A stretch of 64,000 nucleotides of DNA from Arachnia sp. Lineage in GTDB: Bacteria; Actinomycetota; Actinomycetes; Propionibacteriales; Propionibacteriaceae. This document shows positions 61,782 through 64,000 of the stretch, piece by piece (the first letter of the stretch is position 1; the number at the start of each line of letters is the position of its first letter). Location of the stretch: the NCBI GenBank assembly GCA_041854805.1, contig JBHADA010000037.1, positions 14,385 to 78,384 on the forward strand, given 5' to 3'. The position numbers were made by a program, and so were the translations under genes. The notes beneath the pieces were generated by a model. That model was not told where the DNA came from. It searched no databases and saw nothing but the letters and a program-made list of their open reading frames with translations.

Positions 61782-62966
61782 TCAGCCCTTGGTGTAGTGG
61801 GCGACGTAGTCGATCTCGATGTCGGACACGGCGGGCGTGAGCGGCCCAGGCACTCCGTTATCGACGGTCTCATGGTCGCGGTTCTCACCATTGGGGTCCA
61901 TCGCCCCGGTCTGGAAACCGACCCACATCCGCTTGGTCGTCACGCTCGGATGGTCAATCGACCCCCAGGGCTTACCGTCGAAGGTGAACGTGATCTTGGT
62001 CGGCTCCACGATCACCCCGTAGGTGTGCCACCCGTTCATGTCGTTGTTGTCGAAGAACCGGTGCTCCTGCTTGTTGTCCGGGTCCCAGTGGTACACGCCC
62101 ATGACCTCGGGGCCGTTGGCGAAACCCTCGGCGAAGTTGATCTCCGGAGGCCAGCTTCCGTCTTCCGGCCACAGCAGGAACGCGTAGCCGAGGCCCTTGG
62201 CCCGCGGGAACTTCGCCCGCACTTCCCAGCGGCCCTGCGAGGCGGCGAAGATGTTGCCCGAGCCCGCTCCACCGGCGCTCCACTGACCGTTCTCGTATTG
62301 GGTGCGGATGATCAGCTTGCCGTCCTTGGTGAAGGAGTTGCGCTGGCTCATCACGCCCATGGCGCCGTGTCCGACCGGCGGGTCGTTCCAGCCGTAGCGT
62401 TCCCACTTCGTCTGCTCGATGGGCACATCGAAACCGTCGAAGTAGTCCATCTTCCAGCCGTTCACCTCAGCTTCGGTCTTGGACTGGTTCGAGTTCGAGG
62501 CGCTAGCTGGGCTGCTTGAGGACGACACGGTCTTGTTCGAGTTCGCGTTCGAGGTGTTCGACGACTTCGTGGCCGCAGAAGACCGCGCCGACGACGCACG
62601 CTTAGATGCGAGCGCGGCCGAGGTCGACTTGGATGAAGCTGACTTCGAGGCGGTCGGCTTCGGCGTGCTCGTGGACTTGCTCGCCGTGCTCGAGGCGGCC
62701 TTGCCACCGGTGGATGCTCCGTTCGCCGCGGCCACTGGGGTCGATGAGGCCTTGCCCCTCGACGCCGGCTGCACCCGCTCCTCCGCGGCAGACGCTGATG
62801 ACGTCACGTCCACCGAGGGGGCGGAGACGGACTCGCTACCGCCCGCGGCAGGGGCTCCTGTCAGCACCTCGTCCGACAAATGCGGCCGGACGAGAAGCCC
62901 TCCCGCGAGGACCGCCGAAGCGATACCGAACGAGACCAGGGGCCGGATGATTCGGCTTGTTTTCAT
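61782..62966 (-). CDS. Secreted/anchored GH16-family protein with Ser/Ala/Lys-rich stalk
   Basis: N-terminal hydrophobic segment after ATG 62966 (AAGGGAGG RBS), low-complexity linker, then DYFDGF, GRWEVRAK.P, FLLWP....WPPEINFAE, WHTYGV. Confidence 0.85.
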   Translation of the reverse strand: MKTSRIIRPLVSFGIASAVLAGGLLVRPHLSDEVLTGAPAAGGSESVSAPSVDVTSSASAAEERVQPASRGKASSTPVAAANGASTGGKAASSTASKSTSTPKPTASKSASSKSTSAALASKRASSARSSAATKSSNTSNANSNKTVSSSSSPASASNSNQSKTEAEVNGWKMDYFDGFDVPIEQTKWERYGWNDPPVGHGAMGVMSQRNSFTKDGKLIIRTQYENGQWSAGGAGSGNIFAASQGRWEVRAKFPRAKGLGYAFLLWPEDGSWPPEINFAEGFANGPEVMGVYHWDPDNKQEHRFFDNNDMNGWHTYGVIVEPTKITFTFDGKPWGSIDHPSVTTKRMWVGFQTGAMDPNGENRDHETVDNGVPGPLTPAVSDIEIDYVAHYTKG

Positions 62967-63156
62967 GTTCCCTCCCTTAGTTTCAGGTGCCACGCTAACC
63001 CGAGACGGGGTCACAACCAGTCTCCAAGCCTGCACCGAAATCCAAATCAATGACCCCAGAGCACCCCATGGGAGTGGGCCGGTAGGATGGCAAACGGTCG
63101 TGGAATGGGCGTCTGGCAGCGCCCTTGGCAGTTTCGCGGGGAGGTGATGACAGCCG

Positions 63157-64000
63157 ATGAAACCACAGGTATCCGTGTGCATCCCGGTCTACCAAGGAGC
63201 CGCAACCGTGGGGGCAACTCTACGATCGGTGCTGGCCAGCCAGAACTCGGACTTCGAGGTGGTGGTCAGGGACAACGGGTCGACGGACGGCACGGGCGAG
63301 ATTGTCGCTACGTTCGATGACCCTCGCATCCGCTACATCCGCGCAGACGAAACCACCCCCCTACCCCACAACTGGCAAGCGACCGTCGAGGAGGCGCGCG
63401 GTGAACTCATCAAGGTTCTGTGCGCCGACGACCTCATCCACCCCCGCTGTCTCGAGACCCAAGCCGCTTACCTGAGCGATCACACGGTCAGCCTCGTCGC
63501 GTGCCGCCGCGACCTCATCGATGGGAATGGAACCGTACTCACCCGCAATGCCGGTTTACCCCACCTACTGGGCCGACACACCGCCGCCGAAGTGGCCAAG
63601 ACCACGGTACGTCTCGGCATCAACCCAGTAGGTGAATCGGCGTGCGTGATGTTTCGCCGCAAAGACTTCGACGCCATGGGCGGCTTTGACGCCTCGACGG
63701 TGTTCCCCATGGACATCGATGCATGGTTACGTCTTCTCGACCACGGCGACATGATCGGACAGACCCAAGCCTACGCGGCCTTCCGCATTTGGACGGACTC
63801 GCTGTCGAGCCATCACAGTCAAGCGCAACTGGACGAGCACCTCCAGTTCTTGCGCAAGGTCGCCAACGATCCCCGCTACGACATCCCGCATACAGCCCGT
63901 CGGCAGATGGCGGCGTCGGCCCGCCTCGCGTGGCGTGCATGGGCCGTGCGGCAATGGATGTGGGCCACCCTCCCCCGCCCCAAGCACGACCATCGCTGGG
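63157..64000 (+). CDS. Glycosyltransferase family 2 (partial, runs off the window end)
   Basis: MKPQVSVCIPVY, SVL......FEVVV.DNGSTDGT, RGE.I..LCADD. No stop before 64000, so it is absent from the ORF track. Confidence 0.9.
   Translation, partial: MKPQVSVCIPVYQGAATVGATLRSVLASQNSDFEVVVRDNGSTDGTGEIVATFDDPRIRYIRADETTPLPHNWQATVEEARGELIKVLCADDLIHPRCLETQAAYLSDHTVSLVACRRDLIDGNGTVLTRNAGLPHLLGRHTAAEVAKTTVRLGINPVGESACVMFRRKDFDAMGGFDASTVFPMDIDAWLRLLDHGDMIGQTQAYAAFRIWTDSLSSHHSQAQLDEHLQFLRKVANDPRYDIPHTARRQMAASARLAWRAWAVRQWMWATLPRPKHDHRW

Overview
High-GC actinobacterial chromosome segment; gene content and order suggest Propionibacteriaceae (inference). It is mostly a minus-strand housekeeping backbone: cmk-tyrA-prcAB, trmI, metH, rpe, rsmB-fmt-priA-metK-rpoZ-gmk-mIHF, pyrF-pyrD-carB-carA-nusB-efp, aroBKCE-mltG-ruvX-alaS, rarA, dnaG, dgt, gltA, dusB, plus znuACB-zur and bluB. 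I found no tRNA, rRNA, CRISPR array or intact mobile element. Accessory or unusual items: (1) a decayed ABC-ATPase + DUF4276-like two-gene module wedged between carA and carB with open frames and overlapping junctions; (2) an island between rsmB and rpe carrying a cobalamin-riboswitch-controlled ABC importer and a pair of genes for an XRE-like HTH-TM-extracellular protein and an SH3b-Cys/His peptidoglycan hydrolase; (3) a SigA/HrdB-derived sigma factor lacking the promoter-melting Trp dyad; (4) a thioester-domain adhesin with a 21-bp VNTR that ends at LPKTGV with no membrane anchor; (5) 20S proteasome genes without adjacent pup/dop/arc/pafA; (6) many apparently leaderless genes, including a Zur box over the znuA start codon. 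All family assignments come from motif recognition by eye, with no database search. Several starts were moved from the ORF track using RBS, overlap or -10 evidence.
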